From an uncultured Chloroflexia bacterium (GTDB taxonomy: Bacteria > Chloroflexota > Limnocylindria > Limnocylindrales > CSP1-4): DNA of 64,000 nucleotides. Location of the stretch: NCBI GenBank assembly GCA_963778025.1, contig CAVZTA010000016.1:132609-196608 (forward strand), in the 5' to 3' direction. This document shows, piece by piece, positions 1-9,118 of the stretch; within the stretch, counting starts at the first letter, position 1, and every line of letters starts with the position of its first letter. The notes beneath the pieces were generated by a model. It did no database searches and was not told the DNA's origin. It saw nothing but the letters and a program-made list of their open reading frames with translations. The position numbers and the translations under genes are program-made.

Positions 1-65
1 TCGCCCGCAAACGATCCGCCGCGGCACGCTCCTCAGCCGACGGCTGCCCGATCACCCGTTGGCCC

Positions 66-1453
66 TCAGGCCAGCGTCATCGCGAGGTCGGGTCGCAGGA
101 TGAACGGGGGCAGGAACGCGGGGATGTTCGAGAACGGCAGCACGTCCGGGATGGAGCTCGATGCCCGAACGAGGCGGCCATGAACGAACGCCGCGCCTCG
201 ATCCGTGCCCATGCCTCCGGATACCGGGCAGCGAACGCGGCGCGCAGCGAACCGTCGGCCAGCGCCAGCCCATCCTCGATGTTGGTCGTGAAGTAGGGCG
301 TGCCCGTCGCCGGGATGATGTCCGCCTGGAAGCACATCCCGGATCGGAGCTCGATCGGCGACCCCGACCAGATCGGTGAGTTCACCCACTCGTCGAGATG
401 GAGCTGGTGGCCCGGGTTGAGGAACAGCCCGAAGAACGGGTCGCCCAGGTGCCGCTCGATGATCGCGAAGAGCTCCCCGCCGGTGACGCCGATCCGGAGC
501 GCCGTGTACCACTCGGCGATCGCCGCGAAGTACGGCGCGACCAGCCGCTCGACGTAGTCCGGGATCCCGTCCGGCAGCTCCGACGCCGACTCGACCACGA
601 ACCCCGCCCGGCAGTTCAGGGCGCCCCAGATGCCGAACGCCACCGTGAACCGGTCCCCGCGAGCGATCGGCCGATCCGACGGGGAGTGGAGCCCGAACGT
701 CGCCCGTGGCCCCGCCGTCAGCATCAGGTGGCACGACAGCGGCGATCCGTCCCAGCCCAGCAGCGCGACGGCCTCGGCCTCGGTCATGCCGGGTCGCACG
801 CCCCGCAGGACCGCCAGCACGCCCTCCGACGTTCGGCACGCGGCATCCTCGAATGCCGCCAGCTGCTCGACCTCGTTCACGATCCGCAGCCCATCCGCGG
901 GATCGATGAGCAGCGCGGTCGCGTTCGTCACCGCGCCGGCCGAGCCGACGCATGCGCGCAGGTCGTCGGCCAGGTAGGACGGGATGTCGAGCAGCTCGGG
1001 CCGCCACAACGGCTTCCAGCCGACGACCCCGACGCGCGACCGTGGTCCCACACCCTCCGCGGCAAGGATCGCGGGGAACGTCTCGGACCGATCGCGCGGC
1101 TGCGACGGCAGCGACAGCTCCTGGTAGCGGTGCCGGCGCATCGGCAACGGCGCCGATCCGGCCAGCCCCCAGCACTCGTTGCCCACGAGGATCGCCGGCT
1201 CGGCATCGGACGCGACCCCGAGGATCAGCACCGCTTCCTCGAAACGCGGATCGAACCCGGTGAGGAACGAGAGGTTCGCCGAGTGCTCGCGGTCCGCGTA
1301 GACGACGATATGGGTGTGACCCGCGTCGCGCGCGCGCTCGCGCAGGCGCGCGATCCGCTCGGCGTACAGGGTGTCGGGGAGCAGCGGGCGGGACGCGGAC
1401 CGGCCGAACGACGGCAGCTCGACGGGCGCGAGACGCGGCGCGGTCGACGTCAT
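66..1453 (-). CDS. M24-family metallopeptidase (Xaa-Pro peptidase/creatinase-like); C-terminal tail needs two frame corrections
   Basis: ORF 77..1453 has a creatinase/prolidase-N-like start (THIVVYADREHSANLSFLTGFDPRFEEAVLILG) and a pita-bread C-domain (NPGHQLHLDEW, CFQADIIPA, TNIEDGLALAD). The in-frame tail after ...RRSFMAAS is R/S/C/P junk. Removing one base at CCC 164-166 and at GGG 148-150 gives ...FGIELHPDVLPFSNIPAFLPPFILRPDLAMTLA* with the stop at 66-68. Confidence 0.7.
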
Positions 1454-1472
1454 GACCTTTCCGATCCTCTGC

Positions 1473-3146
1473 TCACGGCGGACCCGAGCCGGGCGTCCAG
1501 GGCACGACCGACGACGCGCCGCGCTCCACGACCCCGAACGAGTCCACGTCCATCTTCAGCCATGGGCCGACCTCGCCGTCGGGCCACGTGACGCGGACCT
1601 CCGCCGAGGCCGCCGGACCCAGGCCCACATGCTCCCAGCCCAGTTGCCCCGAGATGTGCCCGCCGCCGCTCGTGAGCTCGCGACGGAACGTCGACGTCGC
1701 GGTGCGGACCTCGAGCCAGCCGCCCACGGCATCGACATCCGGAGCCGGCTGGCGGACACGGATCGCCAGCCAGTGCGCCGCCGCCGACGTCCCCGTCCCG
1801 GTGTTCCGCCAGACCATCGTGGGCGCGCCGAGGTTCACCTGGACGAGGTCGAGCCAGCCGTCGAGATCGAGGTCGACGAGCGCGGCGCCACGCCCGCGAG
1901 CGAACGTCACGATGCCGGCCGCCTCTCCACTCTCGACGAACGTCCCGTCGCCACGCCCCAGCAGCAGGTTCGACGGGTCCTTCGACGCGTAGTCCGGCTG
2001 CGCCTCCACGTTCCCCTTGGCCACGAACAGGTCCACGACCCCGTCGTCGTTGACATCGGCGAACTGCGGATGCCAGGCGGTCGACGGGAGGTCCTGGCCG
2101 CCGACGTACGGCTGGGTCGCCAGCACGCCGGCCGCCTGCGCCATGTCGCGATACGCCGGGCGCGACGGGCCGCCATCCTCGTCGAGGGTCTGCAGCTTGT
2201 TGTCGGCCTGGCTCGTGAGGTAGACCTCCGGGCGGCCGTCTCCGGTGAGGTCCTGGCTCGCGATGCCCATCCCGAAGATCACGAGGCGCCGCCAGCCATC
2301 CGCCTCGGTGTAGGCACGCGGCGGCTCACCCGGGGCGATCCGGAACAGCTGCTCACTTCCGCCGATGTAGTACTGCCGGTCGTTCGACACCCGCAGATCG
2401 CGTCGCCCCGAGGCGTCCCAGTCGCTGAACAGCATCGACAGCGTGCAGTAGCCCGGCTCGAGGAGCAGCGGTGGCGCGTATGTGGTCGCCCCGGCCGAGA
2501 CCGGGCGGAAGAGCGCGTTCGGGGCGCAGTCGTAGGTCGGGGCCGCCTCGCCGTCCTCCCCGAGCGCGAGATAGCTGCCGAGCGCGAGCGTCGGCAGATC
2601 GTTCGCTCCTTCCCACGTCGCGCTGAACGCGGTCGCCCACCGTCCGTCGGCACCGAATCCGAAGGCCTCGTCCGCCGGCTCGAACGAACAGTCGCCGAGC
2701 CCGCGAACGAGATGGGTCTCGCCGACGCCCAGGACCGCGAGGTCGGCATGACCGTCGCCATCGAGATCGAGCGGGTAAGCGCCCGTGACGCGCGCGCGCT
2801 CCAGCGGCGGCGCGTCGACGCGCTCGAAGCGCAGCGGTCCGCCCACCGGCGACGCGTTCCGGAACAGGGCCGCCGGCCCGTCGCCGCCGGCGAGGTAGAG
2901 GTCCGGCCGTCCGTCCTCGTCGCAATCGAGGACCGCCATCCCGCCACCGGTCGACGCCGTGGGTCCACCGCCGAACGTGTGGTCGAGCCCCGACGACGCC
3001 GTCTCGTCGACGAATCGCGCGACGGCCGGCGTCGACGGCCTGAGGAGCTGTCCGCCGCGGACCAGCCACACCCCGCCGAGGGCGACGACGGCGACCACCG
3101 CGACACCGACGACGACCGCGAGTCGTCGACGAGGGACGGACCTCAC
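1473..3146 (-). CDS. membrane-anchored FG-GAP/VCBS-repeat protein with ASPIC/UnbV-like C-terminal domain (CRTAC1 family)
   Basis: Lower two thirds of ORF 1473..3917. TM anchor (LAVVVGVAVVAVVALGGVW), Asp-rich FG-GAP-type loops (DCDEDGRPDLY, LDLDGDGHADL, DLTGDGRPEVY, DVNDDGVVDLF, DLDLDGWLDL) and an ASPIC/UnbV-like end (GGGHISGQLGWEHVGLG). GTG 3146 overlaps the upstream stop (GTGA). Confidence 0.7.
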   Translation of the reverse strand: MRSVPRRRLAVVVGVAVVAVVALGGVWLVRGGQLLRPSTPAVARFVDETASSGLDHTFGGGPTASTGGGMAVLDCDEDGRPDLYLAGGDGPAALFRNASPVGGPLRFERVDAPPLERARVTGAYPLDLDGDGHADLAVLGVGETHLVRGLGDCSFEPADEAFGFGADGRWATAFSATWEGANDLPTLALGSYLALGEDGEAAPTYDCAPNALFRPVSAGATTYAPPLLLEPGYCTLSMLFSDWDASGRRDLRVSNDRQYYIGGSEQLFRIAPGEPPRAYTEADGWRRLVIFGMGIASQDLTGDGRPEVYLTSQADNKLQTLDEDGGPSRPAYRDMAQAAGVLATQPYVGGQDLPSTAWHPQFADVNDDGVVDLFVAKGNVEAQPDYASKDPSNLLLGRGDGTFVESGEAAGIVTFARGRGAALVDLDLDGWLDLVQVNLGAPTMVWRNTGTGTSAAAHWLAIRVRQPAPDVDAVGGWLEVRTATSTFRRELTSGGGHISGQLGWEHVGLGPAASAEVRVTWPDGEVGPWLKMDVDSFGVVERGASSVVPWTPGSGPP

Positions 3147-4156
3147 GGAGCCGGCGCGATCCCCGAGCCCGCCGGCGCGACGCCCGCCGCGTCGCGCGCG
3201 AGCGCATCCAGCCGGGCGAGCGTGGCGATGTGCGCGCGACTGTGCGCGAGCGTCACGCGGGGCGTCGTGCCGATCCAGGATCGCCGCGGTGAGATCCGCC
3301 ACCTCGAGCGCGTACTGGTCGACCGCCGGCACGTCGATGGTCTCCGGCGACCCGTCGCGCCAGCGGACGAGGGACGGCGGCGGACCGTCGGGCGTGCTCA
3401 GGAACGGCGCATCCAGGACCAGCGTGGCGTCGGTGCCGACGATCTCCAGCCGCTGGCGATCGGGGGCCGCGAACCCGCTGTCGAACTGCGCGATGCCGGC
3501 GCCCGAGAACGCGAGCTGTCCGGCGAAGGTGCGGTCGATGCCACGCTCGTCGTACGTCGCGAAGCCCGAGGCATGGACGACGTCCGGCCCGAACAGCTGG
3601 TGCGCGAAGCTCACCGGATAGCAGCCGACGTCCCAGATCGAGCCGCCGCCGATCGCGGATCCGCCCGCGGGTCGTCGGGACGGTCGAGGAAGAACGAGAA
3701 CGAGCCGTGGACCAGCCGCAGCTCGCCGAGGTCCCCGCCGTGCGCGAGCTCCAGCGCACGCCGGATCTGCGGGTGGTGGAGGTACATGAACGCCTCGACC
3801 GCGATCCGGTCGGTGTCCGCCGCGACGCGCGCGATCGCGTCGACGTCTTCGGGCCGGAGCGCAAGCGGCTTCTCGCACAGGACGTGCTTGCCCGCCTCGA
3901 GCGCGCGGATCGTCCACGGCACGTGCAGGTGATTCGGCAGCGCGATGTAGACGACGTCGACATCCGGATCCGCCACGAGCGCGTCGTACGCGTCATAGAC
4001 CCGTTCCGCGCCGTGGGTCGTCGCGAACGCCTGCGCCCGTGCCCGGTCGCGTGACGCGACCGCGAGGAGCGACCCGCGCTCGTCCGCCTCGATCCCGCGG
4101 GCGGCACGTGGCGCGATGCGCCCCGGCCCCAGGATCCCCCACCGCAGCACCGTCAC
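3143..4156 (-). CDS. Gfo/Idh/MocA-family NAD(P)-dependent oxidoreductase; reading frame broken twice in this sequence
   Basis: The N-terminus lies in ORF 3611..4222 (LRWGILGPGRIA Rossmann motif, LCEKPLA). The middle (GGGSIWDVGCYPVSFAHQLFG...) lies in the frame of ORF 1473..3917. The C-end (GTTPRVTLAHSRAHIATLARLDALARDAAGV...) returns to the first frame, with the stop at 3143-3145. Shifts are at about 3657 (one base missing) and about 3272 (one extra). GTG 4156 (GAGGAGG upstream) is preferred as the start; GTG 4222 is possible. Confidence 0.65.
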
Positions 4157-4239
4157 CGCCGGCCGGCCTCCTCGATCCCCGGTCGCGACCGCCGCGACAG
4201 GCTCGCGCGCCCGGCTTGACACCGTGGTTCGGTCTGGTG

Positions 4240-4250
4240 AACGCTAGCAC
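4240..4250 (-). promoter_or_regulatory. extended -10-like element GTGCTAGCGTT upstream of the oxidoreductase operon, flanked by GGTTCG/CGAACC inverted repeat
   Basis: The minus strand reads GGTTCGTGCTAGCGTTCACCAGACCGAACC (4227-4256). TGn+TAGCGT fits the TGnTAnnnT form. The same 11-mer occurs at 12025-12035. Confidence 0.45.
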
Positions 4251-4281
4251 GAACCTTTTCGACGAGAGGAACACAAACCCG

Positions 4282-5517
4282 GTGATGCGTCGGGACGACA
4301 TCGGGCTGCGCAGCGAGACCGTTCGCCGCGCCAATCTCTCCGCGATCGTCCGGGAGCTGCACGTGCATGGGCCGCAGTCGCGGTCGGAGCTCGTCGCGCG
4401 CACCGGGCTGACTCGCAGTGCCATCCGCGGGCTCATCGGCGAGCTCGTCGCCGCCGACCTTGCCGACGAGGAGCGCGCCGTCCCCCTCGGCGTCCCGGGG
4501 CGTCCCTCCCCCGTCGTCCACCCGTCCGCCGACGGGCGTGTCGTCCTCGCGCTCGAGGTCGCGGTCGACTCGCTCGCTGCAGCGACGGTCGGGCTCGGCG
4601 GCACGGTGCTCGACCATCGCCGGATCGATCGGCCCGGCCGATCACATCGACGCGTCGAACGGATCGTCGGCGACCTTCTGGAGCTGACCGATGCGCTGGG
4701 CATCCCCCGACCGCCGTCGGACGACGTCGTGGGCATCGGCGTGGCCGTGGTCGGCATCGTCCGGCGCGAGGACGGCTTCGTACGCCTGGCACCGAACCTC
4801 GGCTGGCGCGACGAGCCACTGGGCGCCCGCCTGCGCGATGCCTTCGGGGGCCGCATCCCCGTCCAGGTCGCGAACGACGCGGACCTGGGTGCCCTCGCGG
4901 AGTGGCGGCGCGGCGCGGCGGTGGGCGTGGACAACGTGCTGTTCCTGGCCGGGGAGGTCGGCGTGGGCGGCGGGATGATCGTCGACGGATCGCCGGTCAT
5001 CGGCGTGGCGGGCTATGGCGGCGAGGTCGGCCACATCCCGGTCGACCCGGACGGACTCGACTGCCGTTGCGGCTCCGTGGGCTGCTGGGAGACCGTCATC
5101 GGCGAGGGACGGCTGCTGACGCTCGCGGGCTATCCGGCCGACGGCGGAGCATCCGCGGTCGACGCGGTCCTGCGCGAAGCCGACGCCGGCAGCCAGCGTG
5201 CGCGAGCCGCCCTGGAGCATGTCGGCACGTGGCTGGGCTTCGGCCTCGCCGGCCTCGTCAACGTCCTCGATCCCGGGCTGATCGTCCTCGGCGGCCGCTT
5301 CGAGCGCCTGTATCCGTACGTCATCGACCGGGTCGAGGCGCAGCTGGATCGCCTCGCCCTTCCGGCGTCCCGCGCGTTGGTGCGGCTCGTGCCGGCGACC
5401 CTGGGCGCGGACGCCGTCCTGCTCGGCGCGGCCGAGCTGGCCTTCGAACCCCTGCTCGCCGACCCGGCCGCGTGGCTGGGCCCGCGGGAGCCCCTGGCCG
5501 AGCTGGCGAGCGCCTGA
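4282..5517 (+). CDS. xylR: ROK-family transcriptional regulator, XylR-like
   Basis: wHTH N-domain (LSAIVRELHVHGPQSRSELVARTGLTRSAIRGLIGELV) plus a ROK domain with the Zn motif CRCGSVGCWE. It sits between the oxidoreductase operon and xylFHG. GTG 4282/ATG 4285 is preceded by GAGAGGA. The upstream part of ORF 4039.. overlaps the opposite-strand gene. Confidence 0.75.
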   Translation: MMRRDDIGLRSETVRRANLSAIVRELHVHGPQSRSELVARTGLTRSAIRGLIGELVAADLADEERAVPLGVPGRPSPVVHPSADGRVVLALEVAVDSLAAATVGLGGTVLDHRRIDRPGRSHRRVERIVGDLLELTDALGIPRPPSDDVVGIGVAVVGIVRREDGFVRLAPNLGWRDEPLGARLRDAFGGRIPVQVANDADLGALAEWRRGAAVGVDNVLFLAGEVGVGGGMIVDGSPVIGVAGYGGEVGHIPVDPDGLDCRCGSVGCWETVIGEGRLLTLAGYPADGGASAVDAVLREADAGSQRARAALEHVGTWLGFGLAGLVNVLDPGLIVLGGRFERLYPYVIDRVEAQLDRLALPASRALVRLVPATLGADAVLLGAAELAFEPLLADPAAWLGPREPLAELASA

Positions 5518-5638
5518 GCGATGCTCGCGCCTCGTCCGCCGGTCCGTCCATCGCCGTCAGCGGCGTCCTCCTGCGTCCCGCATCCGGGTGCACCACGCGC
5601 CACGCGACGTCCGGGGCGGGGATCCAGGGATCGGAGGG

Positions 5639-5647
5639 TGGTAGGTT
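5639..5647 (+). promoter_or_regulatory. candidate extended -10 (TGGTAGGTT) for xylFHG
   Basis: TGn+TAGGTT lies about 50 nt upstream of ATG 5699, in the 180-nt xylR-xylF spacer. Confidence 0.35.
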
Positions 5648-5698
5648 AGGCGAGACGTTCCCGTCACCTAGGCAACGTCAGTGGAGGAGAAGGACTAC

Positions 5699-6820
5699 AT
5701 GATCAAGAGGCGATTGGGGGCGTTGGTCCCCGTCTTCGCGGTAGTGCTCGCGGCGTGTTCGACGGGCGGTGGCACCGCCAGCCAGAGCGCCGGCGCCAGC
5801 GCTGGGGCCGCGCCGACGCTCCCCATCCCGAGCGTCGTCGCAGCCAAGGACTGCAAGGTCGGCGTCTCGTGGAACAACTACACCGAAGAGCGCTGGGCCA
5901 AGTGGGACGAGCCGGCGATCAAGGCCACCCTCGCGGCCGCCGGGGCGCAGTACATCTCGAACGACGCCAAGTCATCGGCCGAGACGCAGAAGACCAACGT
6001 CACGAACCTGATCTCGCAGGGCGTCAAGGTCCTCATCATCCTGGCGCAGGACGGGACCGCGATCAAGTCGTCGGTCGCGGAGGCCGCCCAGGCCGGCATC
6101 CCGGTCATCGCGTATGACCGCCTCATCGAGGACCCCTCGGTCTTCTACCTGACGTTCGACAACAAGGGCGTCGGAAAGATCATGGCGACGGAACTGCTCA
6201 AGGTGGTCTCGAAAGGCAACTTCGCGATCATCAAGGGCAACAAGGCCGATGCCAACGCCGACTTCCTTCGGGCGGGCATGACCGAGGCCGGCATCCCCGA
6301 CGTCGGGCAGAGCAGCGCCGACATCAAGATCGTCGGTGAGTCCTACACCGACGACTGGAAGGCCTCCAACGCCCAGACCGAGATGGAGCAGATCCTGACG
6401 GCGAACCAGAACAAGGTCGACGCGGTCCTGTCGGAGAACGACGGCATGGCCACCGGCGTGGTCGCAGCGCTCCAGGCGCAGGGCCTCGCCGGCAAGGTGG
6501 CGCTCACCGGTCAGGACGGCGAGAAGGCCGCCCTCAACCGCGTCGCGCTGGGCACGCAGGTGGTGTCGGTCTGGAAGGACTCGCGCCTCCTGGGCATCGC
6601 GGCCGGCGTGGCCGCCGCGCAGCTGTGCAACGGGACGAAGGTCGACGCCCTCACCGGCGCGACCAAGTTCAAGACGCCGGGTGGCGTCGATGTCAGCGCG
6701 ATCCAGCTCGGCCCCAATCCGATCACCAAGGCCAACCTCAGTGACGTCCTCGTGGCCGGCTGGATCACCAAGGACGATCTGTGCAAGGGCGTGACCGCCG
6801 GCTCCGTCGCCGGCTGCTAG
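5699..6820 (+). CDS. xylF: D-xylose ABC transporter substrate-binding lipoprotein
   Basis: Lipobox (VFAVVLAACS) and periplasmic-binding fold with XylF-like blocks (VGVSWNNYTEERWAKWDE, IPVIAYDRLI, LTGQDGEKAALNRV). ATG 5699 follows GGAGGAG. The GTG 5681 start in the track lies inside the RBS. Confidence 0.8.
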   Translation: MIKRRLGALVPVFAVVLAACSTGGGTASQSAGASAGAAPTLPIPSVVAAKDCKVGVSWNNYTEERWAKWDEPAIKATLAAAGAQYISNDAKSSAETQKTNVTNLISQGVKVLIILAQDGTAIKSSVAEAAQAGIPVIAYDRLIEDPSVFYLTFDNKGVGKIMATELLKVVSKGNFAIIKGNKADANADFLRAGMTEAGIPDVGQSSADIKIVGESYTDDWKASNAQTEMEQILTANQNKVDAVLSENDGMATGVVAALQAQGLAGKVALTGQDGEKAALNRVALGTQVVSVWKDSRLLGIAAGVAAAQLCNGTKVDALTGATKFKTPGGVDVSAIQLGPNPITKANLSDVLVAGWITKDDLCKGVTAGSVAGC

Positions 6821-6850
6821 CGGGTCACCACCCTCGACCAGCGATCCGAT

Positions 6851-6881
6851 CGCCCTGCTCCGGCCGCGCCGGGGCAGGGCG
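6851..6881 (+). promoter_or_regulatory. intercistronic GC-rich stem-loop after xylF
   Basis: CGCCCTGC tCCGGC cgc GCCGG g GCAGGGCG: nested perfect stems 30 nt after the xylF stop, ahead of xylH. Confidence 0.5.
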
Positions 6882-6984
6882 ATGTCCATCCGGGCCCAAC
6901 AGTCGAGGCCGTGATCGATGACGACGACCGAGGCGACGCCGCCCGAGCGTCACGCGCGAACCGTCCCGCCGGTCGGCCGGATCC

Positions 6985-8253
6985 ATGCTCGCGTCGACCG
7001 AGATCGATACCCGCCTGTTCGGGATGATCGGGGCCCTCGCGGTGATCTGGATCTTCTTCAACCTCGTGTCGGGTGGGACGTTCCTGACCACGCGGAACCT
7101 GTGGAACCTGTCGGTCCAGAGCGCCTCGACGGCGGTCATGGCGACCGGCATGGTGCTCATCATCGTGTCGCGCAACATCGACCTGTCGATCGGCGCGATC
7201 CTGGGCTTCGTCGGCTACACGATGGCGTTGGCCCAGTCCGACTGGATCCCCAACATCCTTGGGATCGCGGTCGATAGCCCGTTCATCTGGATCCTCGCCC
7301 TGGTCCTGGGCCTCGCCATCGGTGCCGCGATCGGGACCCTGCAGGGGTTCCTGGTCGCCTACGGGCGAGTCCCCGCCTTCATCGTCACGCTCGGCGGGTT
7401 CCTCATCTGGCGCGGCCTGATCTTCCAGTTCGCGAAGGGCCAGACGATCTCGCCGCTCGACACGACGTTCCAGATGCTGGGGGGCGGCATCGTCGGCGCG
7501 CGCGTCGGCGCGCTGGGCGAGCTGCTCAGCTGGGTCCTCGGCATCGTCGTCTGCGCGGCGATCATCTACTCGCTGTTCATGGGCCGCCGAAAACGTCGAC
7601 GGTACGGGTTCCCGCTCCGGCCGATGTGGGCCGAGGTGGTGCTGGGCGGCCTGGGCTGCTTCGCAGCGCTGGCCGCGGTCTGGGTCGCCAACAGCTACCC
7701 GCTGCCCGACAACGTCGCCGACCTGTACGCGCAGGAGCACGGCCTCCCGATCCCGCCCGGCGGCCACCCCGTCATCCCGACCGGCGTCGCGAACCCGGTC
7801 ATCGTGTTGATCGCCGTCGCCCTGGTGATGACCCTGCTTGCCAACCGACGGAAGTTCGGACGGTACGTCTTCGCGATCGGCGGCAACCCCGAGGCCGCCG
7901 AGCTCGGCGGCATCAACGTCCGCCGCACGCTCATGCTCACGTTCACGCTCATGGGCATCCTGACCGCGGTGAGCGCGGCGATCCAGACGGCGCGTCTGAA
8001 CGGCGCCACCACGAACCTGGGCATCCAGGCCGAGCTCGACGTGATCGCCGCCGCGGTCATCGGCGGGACGTCCTTCGCGGGCGGGATCGGGACGATCCCC
8101 GGGGCGATCCTCGGCGCGGTCGTGATGCAGTCGCTGCGCTCCGGGATGCTCCTGCTCAACGTCGACTCGCCCACGCAGGACGTCGTCGTCGGCATCGTGC
8201 TCGTCGGTGCCGTGGGCTTCGACTCCTGGGTCCGACGGAGGAACGCGCGATGA
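6985..8253 (+). CDS. xylH: xylose/sugar ABC transporter permease
   Basis: Multi-TM permease with XylH-type blocks (GGTFLTTRNLWNLSVQSA, VSRNIDLSIGAI, FAIGGNPEAAELGGINV). The N-terminus may extend to ATG 6918 (MTTTEATPPERH...) if one extra base near 6983-6984 is removed; this is unresolved. Confidence 0.8.
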   Translation: MLASTEIDTRLFGMIGALAVIWIFFNLVSGGTFLTTRNLWNLSVQSASTAVMATGMVLIIVSRNIDLSIGAILGFVGYTMALAQSDWIPNILGIAVDSPFIWILALVLGLAIGAAIGTLQGFLVAYGRVPAFIVTLGGFLIWRGLIFQFAKGQTISPLDTTFQMLGGGIVGARVGALGELLSWVLGIVVCAAIIYSLFMGRRKRRRYGFPLRPMWAEVVLGGLGCFAALAAVWVANSYPLPDNVADLYAQEHGLPIPPGGHPVIPTGVANPVIVLIAVALVMTLLANRRKFGRYVFAIGGNPEAAELGGINVRRTLMLTFTLMGILTAVSAAIQTARLNGATTNLGIQAELDVIAAAVIGGTSFAGGIGTIPGAILGAVVMQSLRSGMLLLNVDSPTQDVVVGIVLVGAVGFDSWVRRRNAR

Positions 8254-9099
8254 CCAGCGAACCGGTGACCGCGGCGCCGTCCGCCGCTCCGGCACCCTCG
8301 GCCGCTCCGGCGGCCGCCGCGACCGGCGTGCCGCTCGTCGACATGCGCTCGATCCGGGTGACGTTCGGCGGCGTGCATGCGGTCGAGAACGTGACGCGTC
8401 GACCTGCATGCCGGCGAGGTCGTCGGCCTCGTCGGTGGCAACGGCGCCGGGAAGTCGACCCTCATGAAGGTGCTGTCGGGCGCGCAGCGGGCGGACGCGG
8501 GCGAGATCTGGATGGACGGCAAGCCCGTGACCATCGCCAACCCGCGCGACGCGAAGGCACTGGGCATCGAGACCATCTACCAGACACTCGCCCTGGCCGA
8601 CAACATCGATGCGTCGGGCAACCTCTTCCTCGGGCGGGAGCTGACGACGCGCTCCGGCGCGCTCGACGACTCGGCGATGGAGTCGGCGACGCGCAAGGTC
8701 ATGGCGCGGCTGAACCCGCGCTTCAAGAACTTCAAGGCGCCGGTCAAGTCGCTGTCCGGCGGCCAGCGCCAATCGGTGGCCATCGCCCGCGCCGTCCACT
8801 TCAACGCCCGCTGCCTGATCATGGACGAGCCCACCGCGGCGCTCGGCCCCATGGAGACGGCCCAGGTGCGCGACCTGGTGGCGCAGCTGAAGACGGAAGG
8901 CATCGGCATCTTCCTCATCAGCCACGACATCCATGACGTGTTCGATCTCGCCGACCGCATCTCCGTCATGGCGACGGGCAAGCTCGTGGGCACGGTCGAC
9001 AAGACCAAGGTCACGAAGGACGACGTCCTCGGGATGATCATCCTGGGCAAGATGCCCGACCAGGTCGACGACAAGGAGCTGGCCGCGATCGTCCACTGA
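8250..9099 (+). CDS. xylG: xylose/sugar ABC transporter ATP-binding protein; one frame disruption
   Basis: The N-end (MTSEPV...[15 protein letters not shown]) lies in the frame of ORF 7626..8936. From Walker A ([17 protein letters not shown]) onward it lies in the ORF 8464..9099 frame, with LSGGQRQ and [10 protein letters not shown] present. There is an extra base at about 8397. ATGA overlap with the xylH stop. Confidence 0.8.
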
Positions 9100-9118
9100 C
9101 GACGCGGTCGGTGACCGC

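Noticed and set aside
1-55. A possible start of another minus-strand gene at the left edge (GTG 55: VIGQPSAEERAAADRLRA…)
   Set aside because: Only about 18 codons are visible, with no motif and no clear RBS. The evidence is insufficient.
5650-5698. A third copy of the AACGCTAGCAC element upstream of xylF (GGCAACGTCAGTGG / CCTAGG)
   Set aside because: It shows only partial resemblance (about 11 of 19 positions in the best alignment). This is not enough to call the same site.
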